The notes below the pieces were generated by a model. That model had not been told where the DNA came from and did not search any database. It was given only the letters and a program-made list of their open reading frames with translations. Shown here in pieces: positions 30,771-41,066 of a DNA stretch of 64,000 nt. Origin of the DNA: Opitutales bacterium (lineage in GTDB: Bacteria; Verrucomicrobiota; Verrucomicrobiia; Opitutales; JABSRG01). A program made the position numbers and the translations under genes. The stretch covers positions 25,694 to 89,693 of the forward strand of contig JBMYOQ010000011.1 of NCBI GenBank assembly GCA_049599475.1. Reading direction: 5' to 3'. Position 1 is the first letter of the stretch, and each line of letters starts with the position of its first letter.

Positions 30771-32198
30771 TTATTTCTTCTGCTTAGGTGCCGTCCATCC
30801 GGGTTTCATCTCTTCGAATGTCGCGAAGTGCTGAATATAATCCGGGCTGACTGACCAACGCTTGTCTTTGGGTTGGGGCGTACGGATGCGTTCGCCTTCT
30901 GGATAGTCTTTCCCTGCTTCGCTTTCCTCAACGCTAGCCATAATCCCCTGAAGCTCAGCTTTCATACGTTCCATAAGCTCAGGGAATTGTGTTGAAATAT
31001 CACTGTGTTCGCCGGGGTCTGCATCTACGTCGAAGAGTTCCCATTTTGGGTTGTTTCGTTTCTTGGATAGGTTGCGCAGTTTGAAATTCTCGGTGATCAA
31101 CACTTTACCCTTTTCTAAGAAAGCAATCCCTTTTTCTCGGCTAGGAGTATTGCCGAAGAAAATATCCTTGATGCTTTCGCCATCTACCACGCTGAGCATG
31201 GAGTCCTGTGGCAGCTCCAGGAGGTCTACAAATGTGGGCATGATATCCATCGTCGACGCAGGAAAATTCGTGATGGTAGGTTTTATCGTGCCGGGCCACT
31301 CGATGATGCCGGGTACACGGATTCCCCCCTCGGTGAGAGCGCCTTTGTTTCCTGTTAATTTGCCTCCAGAATGTGGGTCGTCCTTCAGGCCGCCATTGTC
31401 ACTACAGAACCATACAATGGTGTTTTCGGCGATGCCCATATCGCGGAGACCTTGTCGCAAAGTGCCTACACTGCGGTCCATAGCGGCAATTTCTGCAAGA
31501 TGATACGCATGTTTATCGTCGAACCCTAAAGCTTTGTAAGGAGCTACATCTTCTTCAGAAGTCCTAAAGGGAAAGTGCGGAGAGCCATACCAGATGACGG
31601 CCAAGAACGGATTGTCCTTTTCCCTTTCGATGAATTTCAGTGCATCATCGACAATGATATCAGAGGAGTCGCCCTCGATATATACGAATTCGCCATTGCG
31701 GCTCATCAGGGGATCCATGTCGAAAAAATTGGTGGTCGAGAGCCAATAATCGAAACCGTAAGCACCTGGATGATGTAAGGAGTCCTCTAATACAGGCATG
31801 CCGTTGCCCTTGACTCCACCCAAGTGCCACTTGCCAAAATGGGCGGTGGTGTATCCTGCTTTTTGTAGGGCTTGCGGTAGGGTCTTCTCCTGGAGAGATA
31901 GGGTTCCACTAATGGCGGGGGCTCCGGTGCGGCGCGGGAGACGCCCCGTCATGACAGATGCACGCGTCGGGGTGCAGGTCGCTGCTGCGGCGTAAAAGCG
32001 ATCAAAGCGGATACCGTTTTTCGCCATGGCATCCAAGTTGGGGGTTTTTAGGTGCGGGTGGCCGTTGTAGCCTGTCTGCCCCCAGCCTTGGTCGTCGGTC
32101 ATCACCAAGATAATGTTGGGGCGTTCTGTATTTGCGCTGAGAACGGATGCGCACATACAGATTATAGAGATTAGTATGGGGAGTCGTATACGTTTCAT
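30771..32198 (-). CDS. S1 family sulfatase, exported
   Basis: Signal peptide, MTDDQG, CTPTR, GKWHLG, SDNGG and EGGIRVP. Confidence 0.93.
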   Translation of the reverse strand: MKRIRLPILISIICMCASVLSANTERPNIILVMTDDQGWGQTGYNGHPHLKTPNLDAMAKNGIRFDRFYAAAATCTPTRASVMTGRLPRRTGAPAISGTLSLQEKTLPQALQKAGYTTAHFGKWHLGGVKGNGMPVLEDSLHHPGAYGFDYWLSTTNFFDMDPLMSRNGEFVYIEGDSSDIIVDDALKFIEREKDNPFLAVIWYGSPHFPFRTSEEDVAPYKALGFDDKHAYHLAEIAAMDRSVGTLRQGLRDMGIAENTIVWFCSDNGGLKDDPHSGGKLTGNKGALTEGGIRVPGIIEWPGTIKPTITNFPASTMDIMPTFVDLLELPQDSMLSVVDGESIKDIFFGNTPSREKGIAFLEKGKVLITENFKLRNLSKKRNNPKWELFDVDADPGEHSDISTQFPELMERMKAELQGIMASVEESEAGKDYPEGERIRTPQPKDKRWSVSPDYIQHFATFEEMKPGWTAPKQKK

Positions 32199-33613
32199 GA
32201 ATTGGGTGATTTTTTCTTGGATCGTACCAAGCTCTTCTCTGTTTCGATTGGGTCGCTGTCTCCGAGTTCGTCGAGTTTTTCCATGAGGTGAGTCTTCATG
32301 GCTTCAATGACAGAGGCGTATTCTGGATTTCCTATTTGATTATTTAATTCATAGGGATCTCGGCTGAGATCATAGAATTCAAATTCGGGCCTGTTGTGTA
32401 GTTTATGAACCAAGGGAGTGAGCTGAGGGTCGCTTTGGGACTTCGCTACCCAAGAGGCGCCAATATTCTCGAGATCCGGTTTAGATCCAGCCAATGCTTT
32501 AAGGGCAGGCATTAAAGTAAGGTTGGCTGTCTGGTTTGTATGATTGGGGTTGTATATGAGTGAATAGTCTCGGTTACGAATTACTCTAATTGGAAAGACA
32601 CGCTCGCGGTTTTGTATGATGTTGCAGTTTGTGAAGGCTCCGTAGACGTATTCATTTATCTGTGACGTGTTTCCTTTGAGTGTTTTTAGGAAACTCGAGC
32701 CGTCGAAATCGTTATTCTCGAAAGATCCTCCTGCCGCATGTACGAGGGTCGGGGCGACATCGGCGATAGAGAGTAGGGCATCGGACGAACTCTTTGGTGC
32801 GATAACTCCAGGCCAATGGATGACCATTCCTGATCGCAGGCCATTATCGTAGCATGTCCACTTGGCAAACGGAAGTTGAGTGCCTTGCTCACTGCAGACA
32901 ATGAATAGGGTGTTTTCCCAGAGGCCCCTGTTCTCCAACTCATTGCGCACGGATCCGACCAACTTGTCGAAATTGGAGATTTCGGCGTAGTACTTTACTA
33001 GGGTTTCTCTGAGAGCTGGGGTGTCTATCCAATAAGGTGGGATAGTCAGGTTCTCGGCTTTGTATTGGTCTGTGTTGCCGGTGGTAAAGGGCGCATGTGA
33101 GTCATTGGAGGCAATGAAAATGCAAAAGGGCGCATTCTTTTCCACTGATTGATCTATCACCTTTCTGGCTGCTTTTAGATAATCCTCATTGCTGTCTCTC
33201 TTCTTATTCCCGGTATTGATGTATTGGAATGGGTATGCGCTTTGAGGGCCTACATGTGATTTACCAATGAGAGCCACTTGGTAACCTAGCGGCTTTAAAT
33301 AATGAGGAAGGCTCCGGGTGCCCTCTGTTGATTTTGAATGATTGGCTAGAGTGCCTGTCCGCCAAGGTGTACGACCACTATAAAGCTCTTGGCGAAAGGG
33401 TGCACACATGGCGACGGAGGCATACATACTCTGTAGAGTCATGCCCTCTTGGGCCAATTGATCGATATGAGGTGTTTTACAGTCGACACTCCCGTAGACT
33501 CCCCAGGTATCTCGACTCATATCGTCGGCCAAAAGAAAGACTATATTGGGGCGATCCTGCGCGAGGCAAACCATACCGCTCGCGCAGGAGAGAAGAATCA
33601 GGAGGAATCTCAT
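32195..33613 (-). CDS. S1 family sulfatase (heparan N-sulfatase/sulfamidase-like)
   Basis: Signal peptide, LADDM, CAPFR, GKSHVGP, HAPF and FAKWTCY. Confidence 0.88.
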   Translation of the reverse strand: MRFLLILLSCASGMVCLAQDRPNIVFLLADDMSRDTWGVYGSVDCKTPHIDQLAQEGMTLQSMYASVAMCAPFRQELYSGRTPWRTGTLANHSKSTEGTRSLPHYLKPLGYQVALIGKSHVGPQSAYPFQYINTGNKKRDSNEDYLKAARKVIDQSVEKNAPFCIFIASNDSHAPFTTGNTDQYKAENLTIPPYWIDTPALRETLVKYYAEISNFDKLVGSVRNELENRGLWENTLFIVCSEQGTQLPFAKWTCYDNGLRSGMVIHWPGVIAPKSSSDALLSIADVAPTLVHAAGGSFENNDFDGSSFLKTLKGNTSQINEYVYGAFTNCNIIQNRERVFPIRVIRNRDYSLIYNPNHTNQTANLTLMPALKALAGSKPDLENIGASWVAKSQSDPQLTPLVHKLHNRPEFEFYDLSRDPYELNNQIGNPEYASVIEAMKTHLMEKLDELGDSDPIETEKSLVRSKKKSPNS

Positions 33614-33623
33614 TACAGAGGAA

Positions 33624-34997
33624 CTACTTCTTCTTTTTCTTTTTATTGTTCTTAGCGGCTTTCATTTCCTTCTGGTACTGTTTCACCTTTTCAGCATCCC
33701 AGCCGTCGACCCATTCAGGGGGACGGATATTCGAAGCGAGTTCCAATTGGTAATCCTGAGCCATTTTCTTTAACTCCTGAACAATTTCAGGGTGCTGTGA
33801 CGAGATGTCCGTGGTCTCTCCTATATCGTCCTTCAGGTTGAACAAGCTTCCCTCCTCGATCGGGGTTCGGCCTTGCATGCCGCCTTTTCCGTTTCCGCCT
33901 GGAGTGACTCGTTTTAGGTAGAGCTTCCAGTCTTTGTATCGAATGGTGCTGCCCGTGAAAAAGGTCTCGTGGATGGGTGAAGACACTTCTTCTCCGAGCA
34001 TGTAGGGGAGGATGCTCTTGCCGTCGAGGATGCGATCGGTAGGTGCCTTGACTCCCGAAATTTCAGCGAAGGTTGGGAGCATGTCGACGATAGCTGTGAT
34101 CTCCTCTGTCTCTGTGCCAGCTTCAATTTTGTCAGGCCAACGCATGACAGTGGGAACCCGCACGCCGCCTTCAAAATGGGTCCATTTGCCACCCTTGAGC
34201 GGACCTGAACTGCCATGACCGTCTACACTGAGTTGAGCGCCGTTGTCTGAAGTAAAAATGAATAGGGTGTTGTCCGCAATGCCTGTTTCCTCGAGCGCTT
34301 TCATGAGCTCGCCGACCTGCCAGTCGATTTCTTGGATCACATCGCCATAGGTTCCATGTTCTGATGATCCTACGAATTTCTCATTGGGAATCCATTTCAC
34401 GTGCGGCAGCGGAGAGGCATAATAGAGGAAAAACGGTTTATCGGAATTTGCGTTTCTTTTGATGAATTCCACGCCTTCTTGGGTGAGGTCTGGCGTGTAG
34501 ATCCCATGAGTCTTTGACTGCGCTTTTTCGATGACGACTTCGTTGTTGCGATAGATAGACTTCCCCATGAATCCATAGAAGTAGTCGAAGCCGTGCAGAG
34601 TTGGATTAAATTGCGGCCATTCACCCAAGTGCCACTTTCCAACGATACCCGTCGTATATCCGGCTTCCTTGAGAATTTCGGCAGTAGTGATCTCCTCGGA
34701 GTTAATACCCTTGTAAGAGTGCGCGTAAACGACAGTTCCGAGGCTCACGCGGCTGGCTTTCGATCCGGTCATGAATGCGGCCCGCGTCGGCGAGCAGCGA
34801 TTGTGGACGTAGAAGCTGGTAAATTTCATCCCCTCAGCGCCCAGGCGGTCAACATTGGGAGTTTTGTAGCCATCTGCGCCCCAGCTGCTTAAGTCTCCAT
34901 AACCTTGGTCATCGGTCATGAAGAAAATGATATTGGGCTGGGCTGCGTTTAGGGTAAAGCAAGCTAGCATGGAGGCTAGCCATAGAGGGTATTTCAT
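33624..34997 (-). CDS. S1 family arylsulfatase, exported
   Basis: Signal peptide, MTDDQGYGD, CSPTR, GKWHLG, SDNG and EGGVRVP. Confidence 0.93.
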   Translation of the reverse strand: MKYPLWLASMLACFTLNAAQPNIIFFMTDDQGYGDLSSWGADGYKTPNVDRLGAEGMKFTSFYVHNRCSPTRAAFMTGSKASRVSLGTVVYAHSYKGINSEEITTAEILKEAGYTTGIVGKWHLGEWPQFNPTLHGFDYFYGFMGKSIYRNNEVVIEKAQSKTHGIYTPDLTQEGVEFIKRNANSDKPFFLYYASPLPHVKWIPNEKFVGSSEHGTYGDVIQEIDWQVGELMKALEETGIADNTLFIFTSDNGAQLSVDGHGSSGPLKGGKWTHFEGGVRVPTVMRWPDKIEAGTETEEITAIVDMLPTFAEISGVKAPTDRILDGKSILPYMLGEEVSSPIHETFFTGSTIRYKDWKLYLKRVTPGGNGKGGMQGRTPIEEGSLFNLKDDIGETTDISSQHPEIVQELKKMAQDYQLELASNIRPPEWVDGWDAEKVKQYQKEMKAAKNNKKKKKK

Positions 34998-35300
34998 AAG
35001 TGTGATGTCGGTTGAAATGGTGATTTCGTTACCCTGTTAAAACATAGCGTTTAGATTATGTTGCGACTAAAATTAAACGTTTTATGCGGGGTAAAAAGTG
35101 GAATTCTGAGAAGAAATTACCAAGACCCAGGCATGAGTTTTCGATGCCTTTTGATGGGAAATTTCCGGATTGGAAGGTTGCCGAGGTCCTTAGAGCGGCG
35201 GACGCCCGGAGGAAGGCGGGTAAGCTGTAGCAGCGGTCTTAGGCCTTTGGAAAACGGCTAAGACCTGCGTAGACTTTCGTTAAAGTCAGATCAGGACACT

Positions 35301-36992
35301 CTACGCGTTCTTCAGCCTGTTGAAGGCACTGACGACCGCATAGAGACTAGCAGCCTCGATATTGGAGTCCAAGGCAGCTCCGAAGAACTTTTTGCCAGTG
35401 TTTAACTGCTCGAGTACAATGTAACATGCGGACTGAGTCGCAGAGCCATGACCGATCGCGTGCTGTCGGTAATCGACCAGCTGGAAGTCCTTCCACCCTT
35501 GTTGGTCAATCGCGTTCACGAGTGAGCTGATGGGGCCGTTACCTTGTCCTTCGAGCTCTACTTCCTTGCCTGCAAAGGTTGCGGGAGCTACAAAGGTAAC
35601 CGCGTCGACATCCTCCTCTTGGTGCATTACGCGATAGCGGAGCACTTCCAAGGGTGTCTTAGCCTCAAGATATGTCTTTTTGAAGACCTCGTATACTTCC
35701 TCATTATTCAACTCGCGTCCGAGGCTGTCGGCATGCGCGTTTACGATACCGCCGATTTCTATGTGCATGGCCTTCGGAAGGTCCAAGCCATAGCCGCGAG
35801 AGAGGATATAGGCTACGCCGCCCTTACCGCTCTGGCTGTTAATGCGGATAATGGCTTCGTAAGAGCGGCCAATATCATGGGGATCGATTGGAAGGTAGGG
35901 GACGGCCCAGAGTGGCTCAGTCTCGGCGCCTTCGCCAGCCGCTTTTACGCGGTCCATACCCTTCTTGATGGCATCTTGGTGCGAGCCTGAAAACGCGGTA
36001 AAGACGAGGTCGCCGGCGTATGGATGGCGGTCATGCACGTCCATGCGAGTGACCCGCTCGTAGACTTCGCGGATCTTGGGCAAGTCGCTCAAATCGAGCA
36101 GTGGGTCTACGCCTTGAGTGTAGAGATTCAGGGCGACCTGTACGATATCCAGGTTGCCAGTGCGCTCGCCGTTTCCAAAAAGCGTGCCTTCGACGCGGTC
36201 AGCGCCTGCCATCAAAGCCAACTCGGTGGCAGCTGTTCCGGTGCCGCGGTCGTTGTGCGTATGCAGGCTGATGATGGCTGCATCACGGTCTTTCAGGCTT
36301 TGGCAAAACCATTCGATCTGGTCCGCATGCACATTGGGTGTCGCCATCTCGACGGTCGCTGGAAGGTTCAGTATCACTGGCTTCTCAGCACGAGCTTCCC
36401 AAACCTCCATCACGGCTTCGCAGACTTCCAAGGCGTAATCGACCTCAGTATCTGAAAAGCTTTCGGGGGAGTATTGAAGCATCACGTCGGTGTCGCTCAA
36501 GCGATCCAAGCGTTCTTGCACCCACTGTGCCCCCTGCACTGCGATCGCTTTGATCTCTTCTTTGGTCTTTCCAAAGGTGACCTCGCGTTGCAGAGGATTC
36601 GTGGAATTATACAGGTGGATGACTACCTTTTTCGCGCCTTCCAAGCTCTCTACGGTGCGTTCAATCAAGTGCTCCCGAGCTTGGACCAAAACCTGAAGTG
36701 CAACATCATCGGGCACACGGTTTTCCTCGATCAAACGACGTGCAAAATTGAATTCAGTATCCGATGCAGACGGAAACCCGATCTCGATCTGCTTAAAGCC
36801 GATCTTCACTAAAAGCTCGAAAAACTCCAACTTCTCCTCGACCGACATCGGGATCGCGAGCGCCTGATTACCGTCCCGGAGATCGACACTGCACCAGATG
36901 GGCGCTTTTTCGATACGCTTATCTGGCCAAGTCCGGTTTTTAATCGGGATCGCCGGAAAGGGGCGATACTTGGAGATTGGGTGCTTTTGCAT
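35301..36992 (-). CDS. leuA: 2-isopropylmalate synthase (yeast/actinobacterial type)
   Basis: WCSVDLRDGNQAL, YSPESF, HTHNDRG, GNGERTGN, FSGSHQDAIKKG and IRINSQSGKGG; ATG at 36992. Confidence 0.96.
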   Translation of the reverse strand: MQKHPISKYRPFPAIPIKNRTWPDKRIEKAPIWCSVDLRDGNQALAIPMSVEEKLEFFELLVKIGFKQIEIGFPSASDTEFNFARRLIEENRVPDDVALQVLVQAREHLIERTVESLEGAKKVVIHLYNSTNPLQREVTFGKTKEEIKAIAVQGAQWVQERLDRLSDTDVMLQYSPESFSDTEVDYALEVCEAVMEVWEARAEKPVILNLPATVEMATPNVHADQIEWFCQSLKDRDAAIISLHTHNDRGTGTAATELALMAGADRVEGTLFGNGERTGNLDIVQVALNLYTQGVDPLLDLSDLPKIREVYERVTRMDVHDRHPYAGDLVFTAFSGSHQDAIKKGMDRVKAAGEGAETEPLWAVPYLPIDPHDIGRSYEAIIRINSQSGKGGVAYILSRGYGLDLPKAMHIEIGGIVNAHADSLGRELNNEEVYEVFKKTYLEAKTPLEVLRYRVMHQEEDVDAVTFVAPATFAGKEVELEGQGNGPISSLVNAIDQQGWKDFQLVDYRQHAIGHGSATQSACYIVLEQLNTGKKFFGAALDSNIEAASLYAVVSAFNRLKNA

Positions 36993-37139
36993 GGTAGGTA
37001 AAAAGGATGAAGGATGAGGGATGACGGAGCGCGTTAGCGCGGAGATGGCACCGTAAGCTTGCGAACGGTGGCCGAAGGCCGACGAAGCGGGTGCCCTTCG
37101 GGCAGCTGAGGAGCAAACCACCGTAACCCTCGCCGCGTT

Positions 37140-38933
37140 CTATTTTTCAGGACCAGAACTAATCAAAATCTCTCTCGCAGACTTTCCTTGTTGGATCATA
37201 GGCAAGACGTGCTCGGTGTAGGGAACAACCACGTCTAGCAGGTAAGGGCCGTCGTGAGCGAGCATGTCTTGAATTGCGGCGCGGAGGTCTTCGCGTCGGA
37301 TTACACGACGTGCTTTCACGCCGAAGCCTTCGGCGATTTTAACGAAGTCCGGATACAGGCCGTCGATGTTTTCGGGGCCGCCGATGTTGTTCGGGTCGCC
37401 CAGGATCGTTTGGCCACGCACACTCTCGTAAAGCAGGTCTTCCCACTGGACCACCATGCCCAAGTGCTGGTTGTTTATTATGATGGTCTTGGCGTTGATC
37501 TTTTCGATGGCCTGGGTCGCCAGTTCCTGGACATTCATCAGGAAGCAGCCGTCGCCATCAATATTGATCACTTCCTTGTCCGGAAATGCAACCTTTGCTC
37601 CGATCGCTGCCGGGAGGCCGAATCCCATGGTGCCTAAACCCAGCGAGCTGATATATCGGCGTGGCTCGGAAAATTTGTAATATTGCGCCGCCCACATTTG
37701 GTGCTGCCCGACCCCTGTGGTGATGATGGCATCTCCCTTTGTTTCTTCGTAAAGTACCTCGATCGCTTCTTGAGGAAGGATGTGCTTATTCGGCTCGTAT
37801 TGGAAGGGGTATTCCTTTTTCCAGCCGTTCAGCTTAACGTACCAGCCTTTGTAGTCGCGAGGCTCGATCTTGCGCTGGTCTACCAGCTCGATCATGCGGC
37901 GCAGCGCGTATTTAATATCGGTGTGGATCGGGAAATGCGCGGGCTTATTCTTATTGTGCTCCGAGCGATCGATATCGAAGTGAACGATCGTTGATTTCGG
38001 GGCAAATTTATCTACGCGGCCGGTGATGCGGTCGTCGAAGCGCGCGCCGGCACAAATAAGAAGATCACTTTCGAGAACGGCCCAGTTTCCGGCTACCGTG
38101 CCATGCATGCCAAACCAGTAGAGTGAACGCTCGTCTTCTGCTGGGTAAGCGCCCAAGCCCATCAAGGTCGAAGCTACTGGGATATTGAGCATCTTCGCGA
38201 AGCCGCGGAGCTCGTCTACAGCATCCCCAGAGATGATGCCACCGCCGGTGTAGAGAACCGGGCGTTCCGCTTGTTTGATCAGTTCCAGAACGACCAATAG
38301 ATCGTCGTCGCTGGCTTTGGGTGGAACCTGCAATCCCGGAAGGCTGGTGGTTGAAGGGAAAGTCGGCGCGAAGACCTCCTGTTGTACATCCTTGGGAATA
38401 TCGATTACCACCGGGCCAGGGCGTCCGCTGGTCGCGACGCGGAAGGCTTCTTTAATCGCAATCGGCAGCTCTTCTGGGGTGAGCACCAAGTAAGAGTGCT
38501 TCACGATCGGAAGGGTCATTCCGATAAAATCTGTTTCCTGGAAGGCGCTCTTGCCGATGAATTGCTGGTAAACTTGGCCGGTGATCGCAACGAGTGGGAT
38601 CGAATCCATCCAAGCGTCAGCGATACATGTTACCAAATTCGTAGCGCCGGGTCCGCTGGTCGCCATGCAAACGCCCGGTTTACCTGTAGCGCGGGCATAT
38701 CCGTGGGCCATGAAGCCGCCGCCCTGTTCGAAACGAGGCAGAATCGTGCGGATATCTTTTTCTCGGCGCACGAGTGCTTGGTGTAGTTCCAGTGAAGCCC
38801 CGCCTGGGTAGGCGAATACCACATCCACACCCTCACGGACGAGCGCTTCGATTGCGACATCGGCGCCTTTCATGGCGGGTAGTGTTTCCCCCGCTTTAGG
38901 ATCGTTTTCCTGAGCTAGAGTTGTTTGGGACAT
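37140..38933 (-). CDS. ilvB: Acetolactate synthase large subunit
   Basis: [31 protein letters not shown] and GDG..MN ThDP motif; ATG at 38933. Confidence 0.96.
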   Translation of the reverse strand: MSQTTLAQENDPKAGETLPAMKGADVAIEALVREGVDVVFAYPGGASLELHQALVRREKDIRTILPRFEQGGGFMAHGYARATGKPGVCMATSGPGATNLVTCIADAWMDSIPLVAITGQVYQQFIGKSAFQETDFIGMTLPIVKHSYLVLTPEELPIAIKEAFRVATSGRPGPVVIDIPKDVQQEVFAPTFPSTTSLPGLQVPPKASDDDLLVVLELIKQAERPVLYTGGGIISGDAVDELRGFAKMLNIPVASTLMGLGAYPAEDERSLYWFGMHGTVAGNWAVLESDLLICAGARFDDRITGRVDKFAPKSTIVHFDIDRSEHNKNKPAHFPIHTDIKYALRRMIELVDQRKIEPRDYKGWYVKLNGWKKEYPFQYEPNKHILPQEAIEVLYEETKGDAIITTGVGQHQMWAAQYYKFSEPRRYISSLGLGTMGFGLPAAIGAKVAFPDKEVINIDGDGCFLMNVQELATQAIEKINAKTIIINNQHLGMVVQWEDLLYESVRGQTILGDPNNIGGPENIDGLYPDFVKIAEGFGVKARRVIRREDLRAAIQDMLAHDGPYLLDVVVPYTEHVLPMIQQGKSAREILISSGPEK

Positions 38934-39015
38934 GGTATGTTGTTTTTTGGATTTTTGTTTAGAAATAGGCAAAAGCGAAGCGGCCTCGATCACATTGATC
39001 GTGATATTACGGTCT

Positions 39016-39049
39016 TAGGGCTCACCATTTAAAGGAAAGGCGAGCCCTA
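39016..39049 (-). promoter_or_regulatory. Hairpin overlapping the leader-peptide stop (candidate attenuator element)
   Basis: Minus strand reads TAGGGCTCGCC-TTTCCTTTAAAT-GGTGAGCCCTA. Confidence 0.6.
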
Positions 39050-39166
39050 CATCACCACGAGCACACGCACGCTGGTGAGCAAGAGCACAACAGTCACAAC
39101 GAGAGACAATCCGCGGCCGAAAACCGAGGCTTTAGGGAAACACTGTTGACTGGATGCTGGATTCAC
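39047..39166 (-). CDS. Val/Leu-rich ilv leader peptide (39 aa)
   Basis: Translated by hand (GTG start): MNPASSQQCFPKASVFGRGLSLVVTVVLLLTSVRVLVVM*, ending 113 nt upstream of ilvB. Confidence 0.75.
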   Translation of the reverse strand: MNPASSQQCFPKASVFGRGLSLVVTVVLLLTSVRVLVVM

Positions 39167-39239
39167 GGCTCTAAAAGTCGTTTAAAACCTTAACGCTTTA
39201 GGTCTTTCAGGCGGGTGAGGTCAATTTAAAAGCAGTTTT

Positions 39240-40019
39240 ATGGCACGTATTTTATTCATTGGAGACATCGTCGGCAGTCCCGGGCGGAAAGCAGTGCAGA
39301 AGCACTTAACCAAAATTCGAAAAGAGAACGCGATCGACTGGGTGATCGCAAACGGCGAAAACGCTGCAGCGGGCAAGGGCATCACAGGCCCCTTGTGCTA
39401 CGAACTCTATGAAGCTGGGGTCGATCGGATCACCTTGGGCGACCACGTTTGGGACCAGCGTGGCTTTGCTGATGATATCGACAATATCCATAAACTTTGC
39501 CGTCCCTATAATCTACCCAAAGGCGTGCCTGGGCGCGGCTACGAGACCCTGGATTTGGGCAATGGGAAAACGCTTGGTATCGCGACCTTGCTTGGCCGCC
39601 AGTTCATGAAAGTCTCGGGCAGTTGCCAGTATGAGGCCTTGGATGCACTGCTGAATGTTTCGGAAGTCGATTTCTGGTTTATCGAAATGCACGCCGAGAC
39701 GACCGCCGAAAAAATCGGCATCGGATGGTATTTGGACGGGCGAGCGCTGGCAGTCATCGGAACGCATACCCACGTGCCCACAGCCGACGAAGCCATTTTG
39801 CCGCGTGGCACCGCCTATTTGACCGACGCCGGTATGTCGGGCCCCTACACTTCAGTCCTCGGGCGTGAAGTGGCCCCTGTGATCGCCTCTATGCGTGACG
39901 GTATGCCGCGTCGTTTTGAGGTAGCCCAGCACGACGTGCGCATCTGCGGTTGCCTTATCGACTTCGACCCCGAGACCGGAATTGCCGAAAAGATCGAGCG
40001 ATTCCGGAAGGATGTTTAG
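39240..40019 (+). CDS. ymdB: YmdB / TIGR00282 family metallophosphoesterase
   Basis: FIGDIVG, NGENAA, HAETTAEK, GTHTHVPTAD and TDAGMSGP. Confidence 0.92.
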   Translation: MARILFIGDIVGSPGRKAVQKHLTKIRKENAIDWVIANGENAAAGKGITGPLCYELYEAGVDRITLGDHVWDQRGFADDIDNIHKLCRPYNLPKGVPGRGYETLDLGNGKTLGIATLLGRQFMKVSGSCQYEALDALLNVSEVDFWFIEMHAETTAEKIGIGWYLDGRALAVIGTHTHVPTADEAILPRGTAYLTDAGMSGPYTSVLGREVAPVIASMRDGMPRRFEVAQHDVRICGCLIDFDPETGIAEKIERFRKDV

Positions 40020-40063
40020 GGGAGGTGCTTGAGCAGGATTCTACGCCCTAAGGTTTGTTTTCA

Positions 40064-40462
<399 letters not shown>

Positions 40463-40579
40463 TTAGCTACCTTTTGCAATCTTCTATATCTCCCGAGCCT
40501 CTTCGTTGGCACTGAAATGACCTTAAAGATTGCAAAACGCTTCTCAAACTGCTTTGATTGAGCGTTTTTATTTGTCGCT

Positions 40580-41062
40580 ATGAATTCGGTATTGAAACTT
40601 TTGCTGGAGGGAGAACAGCTGTCCACAAGCCAGATGGCTCAGATACTCGACTTGAGTGAGGCTCAAGTTGATGCTGAACTCGCGGCGCTCCAAGCAGATA
40701 AGATCTTGCTGGGTTGGCGCCCCGTCCTAAATCGCGAGCTCGTGGAAGAAAACCAGGTGCGCGCGGTGATTGAGATTAGGATAACGCCTGAGCGCGGTGG
40801 AGGTTTTGACAAATTGGCGGCGCGCATTAGTAATTTCGAACAGGTGGAATCCTGCTACCTGATGTCCGGAGGGTACGACTTGCTCGCGTTCGTGTCGGGC
40901 AAAAACCTCCACGCAGTGGCCTCTTTTGTATCTGAGCGTTTAGCCTCGATCGGAGGTGTTTTGTCGACAGCGACACACTTCCTTTTGCGCACCTACAAGG
41001 AGCAGGGCTACATCTTGGTGCGCGGAGAAGGCCAAACCGACAAACCCTCAGTAAGTCCGTAG
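40580..41062 (+). CDS. Lrp/AsnC family transcriptional regulator
   Basis: N-terminal HTH; YLMSGGYDL and TATHFLL..YK typical of YugG-like regulators paired with aminotransferases. Confidence 0.9.
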   Translation: MNSVLKLLLEGEQLSTSQMAQILDLSEAQVDAELAALQADKILLGWRPVLNRELVEENQVRAVIEIRITPERGGGFDKLAARISNFEQVESCYLMSGGYDLLAFVSGKNLHAVASFVSERLASIGGVLSTATHFLLRTYKEQGYILVRGEGQTDKPSVSP

Positions 41063-41066
41063 AGCC

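Noticed and set aside
35058..35300. 67-aa ORF and hairpin GGTCTTAGGCC...GGCTAAGACC downstream of leuA
   Set aside because: ORF has no protein-like features; the hairpin lacks a U-tract and matches no RNA family I recognise
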